From NCBI RefSeq assembly GCF_000020025.1, contig NC_010628.1:1920001-1952000 (forward strand): DNA of 32,000 bases. Reading direction: 5' to 3'. Source of the DNA: Nostoc punctiforme PCC 73102. GTDB lineage: Bacteria; Cyanobacteriota; Cyanobacteriia; Cyanobacteriales; Nostocaceae. Positions 19,082-27,300 of the stretch are shown here, in pieces; within the stretch, counting starts at the first letter, position 1; each line of letters begins with the position of its first letter. Position numbers and translations under genes: made by a program. The notes below the pieces were generated by a model, which did no database searches, was not told the origin of the DNA, and saw nothing but the letters and a program-made list of their open reading frames with translations.

Positions 19082-19395
19082 ATATGTGAGGCATACCCTG
19101 ATTTACTTTATGCTTGCACTTGAAAGAGCAATAAACCAAACCATTGATTTGGATCTGTTTATACTTGAAGAGATAATAAACTTTATGCAGTGAGTTACTG
19201 CTTGATAGTATCGAGGTCAAATTTGGGGGAGATTTCGGTGAGAATAGTCTCACTTAGTGCAAAATTCACATTGAAATAAAGGATAATCCCCTAATAGCTG
19301 ATTCGCGCTACTTTCCAACATACCTGCACACGCATCAATCAGTAGGTAGTGCAGGGGATAGCTTAAATAAGGTTTGAAAAATAGCCTCTTTTTTC

Positions 19396-20184
19396 CTAAA
19401 TTTGCTCGATTTGGATCTCACAGTCTGCTCCCACAGTAATTATGCTATTTTCTGGAAAAGCATTCCAGTTACCTATAAATAGAGGTTCAGATGCAATAAT
19501 TACAGAATTTGAAAAAGTAGGATCGTCTCGAACCCAATAAAGAGATGGAGCCAGAGAAGTTGTAGCAAATCGAGAAGCGATCAGGCGATGTCCGTCACTA
19601 AATATTACATTGATTGAAGCTTCTACTTGATAGCGCTTTGCCATCTCTAATAGTGTTAATAATGTAGTACGTAAAGCATACTCTGGAGGCCGATGTTTGT
19701 TAATTTGACTTTGTGAAAGTAACAATGCAAAAATGTGTTCGGAGTCAGTATTGCCATTAATTTTTTCGTAAAAATCTTGAGTTAAAGTGCTACGGATTTT
19801 TCTGTGTAATGTTTTATGGAAATTTTCAATTCTTCCATCGTGAATAAATAGCTGTTGTTGATGTTTAAAAGGCTGACAGTTAGCAAAATCTACGGCTTGT
19901 TCGGATGTAGCACTGCGGACATAAGCAAGTACACACTTGGATTCAATGTAACGGCTGAGACTGAGCAAGTTTATGTCATTCCAAATAGGTAGCGTATTTT
20001 TGTAAGTAAATGGTTCGATATCTTTTTGGCTATGATACCAACCCACACCAAAACCATCTGCATTTACTGCCCCAGAAGTCATTTCGCGGGGTTTATAACT
20101 CTGAACGATGAGTGAGTGTTCTGGTTTATACAAAAGATGCTCTAAAGAAACAGGCGAACCAAGGTAAGCAAGTAAACGGCACAT
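19396..20184 (-). CDS. class II (Ntn) glutamine amidotransferase, EgtC/YafJ-like (262 aa from ATG 20184)
   Basis: MCRLLAYLGSPVSLEHLLYKPEHSLIVQSYKPRE...NADGFGVGWY...LAYVRSAT...FIHDGRI...TDSEHIF parallels the mycobacterial EgtC layout as I recall it (MCRH.AWLG...QSY.PR...NADG.G.G...). The catalytic Cys must be residue 2, which fixes the start at 20184. The ORF-track GTG start at 20211 would add a 9-aa propeptide. Confidence 0.8.
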   Translation of the reverse strand: MCRLLAYLGSPVSLEHLLYKPEHSLIVQSYKPREMTSGAVNADGFGVGWYHSQKDIEPFTYKNTLPIWNDINLLSLSRYIESKCVLAYVRSATSEQAVDFANCQPFKHQQQLFIHDGRIENFHKTLHRKIRSTLTQDFYEKINGNTDSEHIFALLLSQSQINKHRPPEYALRTTLLTLLEMAKRYQVEASINVIFSDGHRLIASRFATTSLAPSLYWVRDDPTFSNSVIIASEPLFIGNWNAFPENSIITVGADCEIQIEQI

Positions 20185-20950
20185 GATGAATATTCCACCT
20201 TTTATTAACACAATTATTGGGCAACAGCCTTACCCGCTTTTATTCGCCATCATTAGTGGTTCCCACTTATATGGTTTTCCGTCACCTGATTCTGATTATG
20301 ACTTGCGTGGGGTGCATATTTTACCAGTTGAAGAAGTTGTAGGATTAGAAACTGGGAATGAAACTATTGAAGTTTCAGAAATTCGCGAAGCTTTAGAAAT
20401 TGATTTAGTAACTCATGATGTCAAAAAATTCTTTTTGATGCTGCTTAAAAAAAATGGCTACGTATTAGAACAACTATACTCACCTTTAGTATTAACAACT
20501 TCACCCGAAGCCGAGGAATTAAAATTTATTGCCAAAGGTTGCATTACCCGTAACCATTATTACCATTATATTGGTTTTGCAGCAACACAATGGAAACTTT
20601 TTGAAAATGAACGCACGTATCGGTTAAAGCCTTTGCTTTATGTTTATCGAGTTTTATTGACAGGGATTTATTTGATGCAAACAGGTATAGTCGAAGCTAA
20701 CCTAATGAAATTAAATGAGGTTTTCAATTTACCATATATTCACGATTTAATTACCCAAAAGATAGCAGGTAAAGAAAAATCTGTTGTGTCAAATGTTAAT
20801 GTAGATTTTCATCAAATAGAATATGAACGTCTGCGTCATAAGTTGCAGGAAGTATACGAATCTAGCCGATTACCTGAAGTACCTTCAGCGAATGCGGCTT
20901 TACATAATTTGCTAGTACGCCTGAGAACTAATGTAAAATTACGGAAATAA
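20183..20950 (+). CDS. Pol-beta-superfamily nucleotidyltransferase (PF10127/RlaP-like), 255 aa
   Basis: ISGSHLYGFPSPDSDYDLRGVH is the G-S...D-x-D nucleotidyltransferase signature of this family, followed by a helical C-terminal domain. The only in-frame start candidates are ATG 20183 and ATG 20186. Confidence 0.75.
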   Translation: MMNIPPFINTIIGQQPYPLLFAIISGSHLYGFPSPDSDYDLRGVHILPVEEVVGLETGNETIEVSEIREALEIDLVTHDVKKFFLMLLKKNGYVLEQLYSPLVLTTSPEAEELKFIAKGCITRNHYYHYIGFAATQWKLFENERTYRLKPLLYVYRVLLTGIYLMQTGIVEANLMKLNEVFNLPYIHDLITQKIAGKEKSVVSNVNVDFHQIEYERLRHKLQEVYESSRLPEVPSANAALHNLLVRLRTNVKLRK

Positions 20951-21139
20951 GTTTTATTTGTAAATCTTGTTTGAAAATATTTTTCTTACTTTCATGACTT
21001 CCAACTAAAAAAATATCCAATTTGTAGGATGTATTAAATATAAGCAGGTAATACACCGCGATATATAAACTAAAGGCACCCTACAAATATCGGATAATTT
21101 ATTTTTTGGCATTCCCTTAACTATTAATTTCTAACTTTT

Positions 21140-21520
21140 TTACAACTTTAAATTCCAAGCAGCAAAAGCTAAGGTACCCCAACCAGCGAGAAAGGCTACA
21201 CCGCCTAGTGGTGCGATCGCTCCCAAGGACTTAATACCAGTTAAGCTAATGGCATACAAGCTACCTGAGAAAATAGCAATGCCAGCGAGAAACAGCCATC
21301 CGCTAGCGATGAGAGTGGGTTGAGGGGACTCAGTGCGACTAATTAGTATTGCTACTAGAAAAAGTGCCAGAGCATGATACATTTGGTAACGAGCGCCAGT
21401 TTCAAAAATTTCTAGCGATCGCTCACTAATTTTTTCCCGCAAGGCATGGGAAGCAAAAGCACCAGCAGCAACTGATAAACCGCCTAAAATGGCAGCTATG
21501 CTCAAAAAAATCTGCGTCAT
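21140..21520 (-). CDS. DUF423 (YgdD/TMEM256-family) membrane protein (126 aa)
   Basis: Four hydrophobic helices. The N-terminus GGLSVAAGAFASHAL and the motif ETGARYQMYHALALF are characteristic of DUF423. Confidence 0.8.
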   Translation of the reverse strand: MTQIFLSIAAILGGLSVAAGAFASHALREKISERSLEIFETGARYQMYHALALFLVAILISRTESPQPTLIASGWLFLAGIAIFSGSLYAISLTGIKSLGAIAPLGGVAFLAGWGTLAFAAWNLKL

Positions 21521-21578
21521 TAGACCTAGCCGTAAGTTAATTATTAGTCATTATTCATTGGTCATTAACAAAGGACAA

Positions 21579-21599
21579 ATGACTAATGACTAATGACAA
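21579..21599. repeat. tandem heptamers (ATGACTA x2 plus ATGACAA) with an inverted partner upstream
   Basis: aATGACTAATGACTAATGACAAt, read directly. ATTAGTCAT at about 21543-21551 is its reverse complement, giving an intergenic hairpin between two minus-strand genes. Confidence 0.7.
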
Positions 21600-22088
21600 T
21601 TAAACATCAAAATGATATGATACGGCCCCTTCTTCGTTCACCTTAAAGTTTGCATTGAATTCTTTAGCTTTTTCGTCTAAATACTGTCTAGCGTGGGCTG
21701 CGGGTAGTTGTGACTTCATTGCAAAGCCTAAAACAGTTACACGCCCATGATTTTCTTGTAGCATCCCATAAAAAATCGATTGCAGGCGATCGCTAACTTG
21801 TTGATTAAGCGCCTTTTTCTCTTGCCGGCTTTGACGGTATAATCCTAATGTTAACCATGTGCCCAGTGTTAGGCTAGGAACGCCAAAAATTAGATGTTCT
21901 ACCGCATTATTATCAATTACAGGGGTATCTGTTGGTGCTGCAAACTCAATCGAGCCATCCCAGGATAAGGGTAGCGTAATTGATTTTTCCATAGTCGTTT
22001 TATTAAATACCTCTGCTGCTGATAGCATTACAAACATGAATCCGAATGTCAGTAGCCAACCGGCAGCCAATTTTTCAGCAGTTTTCAT
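21600..22088 (-). CDS. hypothetical membrane protein (162 aa)
   Basis: Two hydrophobic segments (AAGWLLTFGFMFVMLSAA; LIFGVPSLTLGTWLTLGLY) precede a soluble C-terminal domain. I recognise no family. Confidence 0.6.
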   Translation of the reverse strand: MKTAEKLAAGWLLTFGFMFVMLSAAEVFNKTTMEKSITLPLSWDGSIEFAAPTDTPVIDNNAVEHLIFGVPSLTLGTWLTLGLYRQSRQEKKALNQQVSDRLQSIFYGMLQENHGRVTVLGFAMKSQLPAAHARQYLDEKAKEFNANFKVNEEGAVSYHFDV

Positions 22089-22218
22089 AGTTCCACTTCA
22101 AATTTGAACTTTGCTAGCGATTTTAACCTGACTTTCGCAAAGGTTCTACTATCTCGATCTACTCCCTCCGATGGTTTTTTAGCTTTTGTAACGAAATTTT
22201 TGCCTACCTTGCTAGTGG

Positions 22219-22320
22219 TAGCCTGTCAAAAAACAACCGAAAGGTACGGCTTGTTCGTAGTTTGCGCTGTCTTCGCTAAAGTGCAAACTACGAAACTATC
22301 AAATTAAATTTGACAGACTA
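22219..22320. repeat. MITE-like 102-bp element, same terminal motif as 1977-2234, with a perfect 12-bp internal hairpin
   Basis: Termini TAGCCTGTCAAA (22219-22230) and TTTGACAGACTA (22309-22320). Internally, TTCGTAGTTTGC (22254-22265) pairs with GCAAACTACGAA (22283-22294). Confidence 0.5.
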
Positions 22321-22332
22321 ATAATATTTATC

Positions 22333-23019
22333 CTACTTGCGTGTAGCTTCCAGTAAGCGAGAAAAATAGAAGCGAGTCTTCGTCATCGCCTTTCGTTGCA
22401 ATGAAAAGCCATTACTTTCCAAGATTCTTACCACATCAGCCTCACGATGCAAATATGCACGAGTCGCTTTGCTTGGCCCGGGAAAGAAACTGCCAATTTT
22501 CTTGAGTATACTCAGGGCACAGGTCTTTGGCGCAAAACTGAGAATTATCCGTGACTGTGCTAAAGAACAGAGATGAGATATCATCTCATCGGCTTTTTCT
22601 TGAGGATAGTGGATGAGAACATCCAAGCAAATAACGGTATGGTAACTACCGCTCAACGATTCCAAGTCCTGCACGGCAAAAGTGGGATTTTCATCATTTC
22701 CCAAGGTTTGCTTGGCTCTATCCTTGCCTTCTTCCACCATTTTTTCAGAAATATCAGTCGCATAGACTTTGGCACCATCTACCGCCAGAGGGATGCTGAG
22801 ACTACCAACACCACACCCAGCATCGCAGATTGATAGCTCTGGTAAATTGTTATCAGCCTTCAACCAGCCGAGAACTGTATCCACAGTTTGCTGGTGTCCA
22901 TTGCGAATGTCTAGTTGGACTTTGTTGACTTCGCCATCGCCGTAGATTCGCTTCCAACGGTCAAAGCCTGTGGAATTGAAATACTCACGAACAATCGTTT
23001 TATCGTCGGCTACGTTCAT
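22333..23019 (-). CDS. chlM: magnesium-protoporphyrin IX O-methyltransferase (228 aa)
   Basis: KTIVREYFNSTGFDRWKRIYGDGEVNKVQLDIRNGHQQTVD...ICDAGCGVGSLSIPLA...VICLDVLIHYP is the ChlM/BchM-specific N-terminal region plus a SAM-binding motif. Confidence 0.9.
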   Translation of the reverse strand: MNVADDKTIVREYFNSTGFDRWKRIYGDGEVNKVQLDIRNGHQQTVDTVLGWLKADNNLPELSICDAGCGVGSLSIPLAVDGAKVYATDISEKMVEEGKDRAKQTLGNDENPTFAVQDLESLSGSYHTVICLDVLIHYPQEKADEMISHLCSLAQSRIILSFAPKTCALSILKKIGSFFPGPSKATRAYLHREADVVRILESNGFSLQRKAMTKTRFYFSRLLEATRK

Positions 23020-23339
23020 AAACTCTGATTTTTAGGGGTTCCCAATGCTTAAAATTATCATTGATAGGAACCCATAAGAGCGGTCTTCCAGATTTTTCTA
23101 GATGATAGTTTGCCTATATGCAAGGATACTTGTATGCATAGAGAAGTTAAAGTAGCGATCGCTGACGACGAGAGAATGCGTAAATTCTAAAGTTGCTCTT
23201 TAGACAATAATGGCTCAAATGACTTTTTCATCAATATAAAGAGCAACGCTAATTTAATTAACCCTTCTGCACGGAGTCTTTTTGCTAATGCAGATTCTCC
23301 TGTTTCTAAACGTAATCTTTCCGCATACTCAAAACGTTG

Positions 23340-23624
23340 CTACATATCAGCATCAATTTCTTCTTTATGTTCCCAATAATAAGCTAAAGGAGAATAAATC
23401 TGGCTCATTCTCAAATGTGGATATTGAAAATGCAATTTTTCTGGACTCCAACCATAAGCATGAATGAAAGTAATTAATCCCACAACTTTCATAGATATTC
23501 CTTTAATGATTTGTTGCGATCGCTCTAGAAATGGTCTTATATCGGCAACAATAATCTGAACCTGCTCTGCATTTAACTGCCCTACTTGAGTTACTTTACT
23601 GTCACCATAGGCAGTGAGATTCAT
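23340..23624 (-). CDS. DUF433-domain protein (94 aa)
   Basis: The C-terminal half, IIKGISMKVVGLITFIHAYGWSPEKLHFQYPHLRMSQIYSPLAYYWEHKEEID, fits the DUF433 pattern (IKGTRISV...G.S.EEI...YP.L.L.QIYAALAYYWDHKEEID). The N-terminal half is atypical. Confidence 0.6.
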   Translation of the reverse strand: MNLTAYGDSKVTQVGQLNAEQVQIIVADIRPFLERSQQIIKGISMKVVGLITFIHAYGWSPEKLHFQYPHLRMSQIYSPLAYYWEHKEEIDADM

Positions 23625-23718
23625 TTCAATTTTGTTCGAGTTCCTGGGGGTGGGTTCCTCTGCCGTTGCTCACAGTAGGTAAAAATTTTGCTTGATATCG
23701 TGGCTATGAACTTGGCTA

Positions 23719-23928
23719 TTCGTGTTTAGAACTCGAAAATTCGTGTTTAGAACTCGGAAATTCATGTTCAGAACTCGGCCGTTCATGTTCGGAACCCGGC
23801 CGTTCGTGTTCAGAACCCGGAAGTTCATGTTCGGAACTCGGAAGTTCATGTTCGGAACTCGGAAGTTCATGTTCGGAACTCGGAAGTTCATGTTCGGAAC
23901 TCGGCCGTTCGTGTTCGGAACTCGGATC
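23719..23928. repeat. 10 tandem copies of a 21-bp unit (consensus TTCATGTTCGGAACTCGGAAG)
   Basis: Units start at 23719, 23740, 23761, 23782, 23803, 23824, 23845, 23866, 23887 and 23908. Units 6-8 are identical and the outer units diverge. Each unit looks like three heptamers (TTCATGT TCGGAAC TCGGAAG). The array is stop-free in three frames, which explains ORFs 23670-23933(-), 23716-24021(-) and 23722-24141(+). Confidence 0.95.
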
Positions 23929-24014
23929 ATCAAAATTTGTAGGGTAGACAGTATTCTGAATTGGTGTCAACTTAACGTGAAATCGGCGGTTAGAAACCGC
24001 GTCTACACAGGTAA

Positions 24015-24070
24015 AACCCACGGAGGTGGGTTAAAAAACCTTAATTTACTCTTAGCCTACGGAGGTGGGC
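24015..24070. other. two related GGAG-loop hairpins sharing the core ACGGAGGTGGG
   Basis: AACCCAC-GGAG-GTGGGTT (24015-24032, a perfect 7-bp stem) and GCCTAC-GGAG-GTGGGC (24055-24070, 6 bp with one G-U). The second is followed by TTTGTTTGT on the plus strand. Confidence 0.5.
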
Positions 24071-24343
24071 TTTGTTTGTATCTCAATTCTTGTAACAAAT
24101 ATTCTATAAATGTTTTCATCTCAGACGATAGGGAGAAATAACGATAAGCTTCTGCGGAAGTTTCATTTTTCTCCGAAGATAGCAAAACTTTTTTATGCAG
24201 CAAGAAAAATTTACTCAAACTATTGTTAATTTTTGTAAAATTGAAGTCTTCAAGACTAGAAACCTGATATCTAGATAGCTAAACTAACAAACAGTGCATC
24301 TGTACTGTTAATTATTAAAAGTAGATGTGGCGCTATAGCCTGA

Positions 24344-27300
24344 ATGATCCCAGTACAACTTATCCTCAAAAACTTTCTTAGTTACCGTGATGCAACTTTA
24401 GATTTTCGTGGTTTGCATACGGCTTGTATTTCGGGTTCCAATGGTGCGGGTAAATCCTCGCTTCTGGAAGCAATCACTTGGGCAATTTGGGGTGAAAGCC
24501 GTGCCACTGCTGAAGATGATGTCATCTATTCTGGCGCGAAAGAAGTTCGGGTTGATTTTACTTTTCAAAGTAACCAGCAAAAATATCGGGTGATTCGTAC
24601 CCGAATTCGGGGAGGTACTAGCGTTCTTGAATTTCAAATAGAAATCCCATCTGGGTTTCGCTCACTTACTGGCAAAGGGGTAAGAGCAACCCAAGATTTG
24701 ATTTTAGAACACATCAAGCTCGATTACGATACTTTTATTAACTCTGCCTACTTACGTCAAGGCCGTGCAGATGAGTTCATGCTCAAGCGCCCCACGGAAC
24801 GCAAAGAAATTTTAGCAGAGTTATTGAAACTCAATCAGTATGATGATTTGGAAGAACGAGCAAAGGAATCTTCTCGTCAGTTCAAAGCGCGAGCAGTAGA
24901 GTTAGAGCGTTCTTTAGAGTCGATTAAAATTCAGTTGCAACAACGCGAGACAACCGAAGCGCAAAGAGTCGAGTTAGAAGCCGAACTCAATCAACTGCAA
25001 CAAGTACAAGCTTTTGATAATATTCAATTACAAAGTTTGCAAGTTGTCCAGCACCAGCGCCAAAATTGGGAACAACAACTCAGCTTTGTGAAGCAGCAAT
25101 ACCAAAATCTTACCCAAGATTGCGATCGCCTCCAACAAGAACAATCAGCTATTGGCTCTCAGCTATCAGATTTAGAAAAAATACTACACCAAGAAGCTGA
25201 AATTAAAGCTGGATACACCCAATATCAAAGTCTACAATCTCAAGAAGAAGCCTTTGCTGCCAAATTTGAAGAATACACCCGCGCCCAACAGACTCGCCAA
25301 CAAAAGCAACAACACCTTACCAAACAAATTCACGAAATCGAACGGCAACTGCAACAAGCCCAAGCGCAGTTAGAAGCTTTGCACCAACAAGAGCGAGATA
25401 TTCAGCAAACTCTAACTAAATCAGGTGAAGTAGAAGCTGCTTTGTCACAATTAGCCGCAGCCCGTCACCATGTTGCTCGTCTGGATCAACTGCAAATGCA
25501 AGTGACTCCGTTGTTGCAACAACGAGCAACTTTACAAAGCCAACTCGATCGCACTCATGCTGGTTTAGTAGCGCGACTCGAACAACTCCAAAGTACTGAG
25601 AACCAATTGCAACGCCAGCAGCACCGCCAACCGCAATTGCAACAAGCCGTGATGGATGTAGCAATCCAGATTGAGGAACTGGAGAAAAAGCGGGTTTATC
25701 TGCAACGAGTGCAGGAAAAAGGGCATGAAAGGCGACACTTTATCGAACGTCTGCAAGCTCATCAACGTGACTATGAAAAGCTACTGGGAGAATTAGAGCA
25801 GAAATTACAAATGCTCCAAAATCCTGAAGCTCTTTGTCCATTGTGCGAACGTCCTTTAGACGAACATCACTGGAGCCGAGTGGTGGAAAAAACCCAGGCT
25901 GAGTTAGAGGATACCCAAGGGCAGTTTTGGGTAGTGCGGGAACAAATGGCTGTATCAGACAGAGAAATACAGGTGCTTAGGCAGGAATATCGGGAAATTT
26001 CCCAACAATTAGCGAGTTACGATGGTTTACGCGAACAGCGAGGACAGTTGGCCGCACAGTTAGAAGCGACAACTGATGTGCAACAACAGTTACAACAAAT
26101 TGCTGCTGAAAAACAACATTTAGAGCGATCGCTCCAAGCTGGTGATTACGCTCCCGATAAACAAGCCGAACTCCGGCAGTTAGACCAATATCTGCAACAA
26201 GCTAATTATAATGAACAAGACCACGCCCTCGCCCGGAGTGAAGTTGAGCGGTGGCGATGGGCAGAAATTAAACAAGGGCAGATTAAAGATGCTACTAAGC
26301 GACAAGCGCAACTATTAGCCCGAAAACCAGAATTACAATCCCAAATTGCTCAATTACAAGTCAGAATCCAGCAGGATCAGACTGATTCTGAATGTGCTAA
26401 ACAAATTGCGGCTCTTGAACGTCACATTACCGAAATTGGCTACAGTTCCGAGCAGCACAACAATCTGCGTATAGCTGTCCGCCAAGCTCAATCCTGGCAT
26501 TTGCGGTATCAACAACTGCTATCAGCCCAGCAGCAGTATCCCCAACTCCAGACGAGATTGCAAGAGTTAGAGGAATCCAGAAGCGCCAGAGTAACGGAGC
26601 GGCAAAAACTTGGCGGCCAAATTGAAAGCATTATCCAGCAATTACAAGCAACAGCTAACCCATCTGCCCAAATTCAAGCTTTAGAGCAGCAGTTAGCAAT
26701 CCGCAGACGGCAACTCGATGAGCAAATTGCCAAATTAGGGCGTTTGGAACAGCTGGCGCTTCAACTGGAAACGCTGCAAATTCAGTACGAACAACAGCAC
26801 CAGCAATTACAATCTTGTAAGCAGGAGTATCGTGTTTATCAGGAATTAGCGCAAGCTTTTGGTAAAAATGGTATCCAAGCACTGATGATTGAGAATGTGT
26901 TACCGCAACTGGAAGCCGAAACAAATCAACTACTTTCGCGGTTGAGTGGGAATCAGTTTCATGTACAATTTATTACTCAAAAAGCTGGACGTAGTGCTAA
27001 ATCAACCAAGAAAAATGCCAAGCTGATAGACACCCTAGATATTTTAATCGCCGATTCTAGAGGAACGCGATCTTATGAAACTTACTCTGGTGGAGAAGCC
27101 TTTAGAATTAACTTTGCCATCCGTTTAGCCCTGGCGAAATTATTAGCGCAACGGGCAGGGGCGGCGTTGCAATTGTTGATTGTGGATGAAGGTTTTGGTA
27201 CACAGGATGCCGAAGGATGCGATCGCTTGATTGCAGCGATTAATGCGATCGCCTCCGATTTTGCCTGCATCCTCACTGTCACCCACATGCCACACCTCAA

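Noticed and set aside
19053-19253. A 66-aa minus-strand ORF in the structured spacer.
   Set aside because: It spans inverted repeats, has low-complexity AT-rich codons and no SD.
22104-22307. A 67-aa plus-strand ORF between the membrane-protein gene and chlM.
   Set aside because: It largely overlaps the MITE-like element and shows no motifs.
23282-23467. A 61-aa plus-strand ORF.
   Set aside because: It is antisense to the DUF433 gene.
23670-24141. Three long ORFs across the 21-bp array, and the possibility of a CRISPR array.
   Set aside because: The ORFs exist because the 21-bp unit is stop-free in those frames, and none has a convincing start or SD. The array has no spacers and no cas genes, so it is not a CRISPR. 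It is kept as a finding, not as CDS.
24290-24330. A possible LexA/SOS box upstream of sbcC (GTAC...GTTC type).
   Set aside because: Only TGTACTGTTAATT is present. The second half-site does not fit the RGTACNNNDGTWCB pattern I recall for Anabaena LexA.
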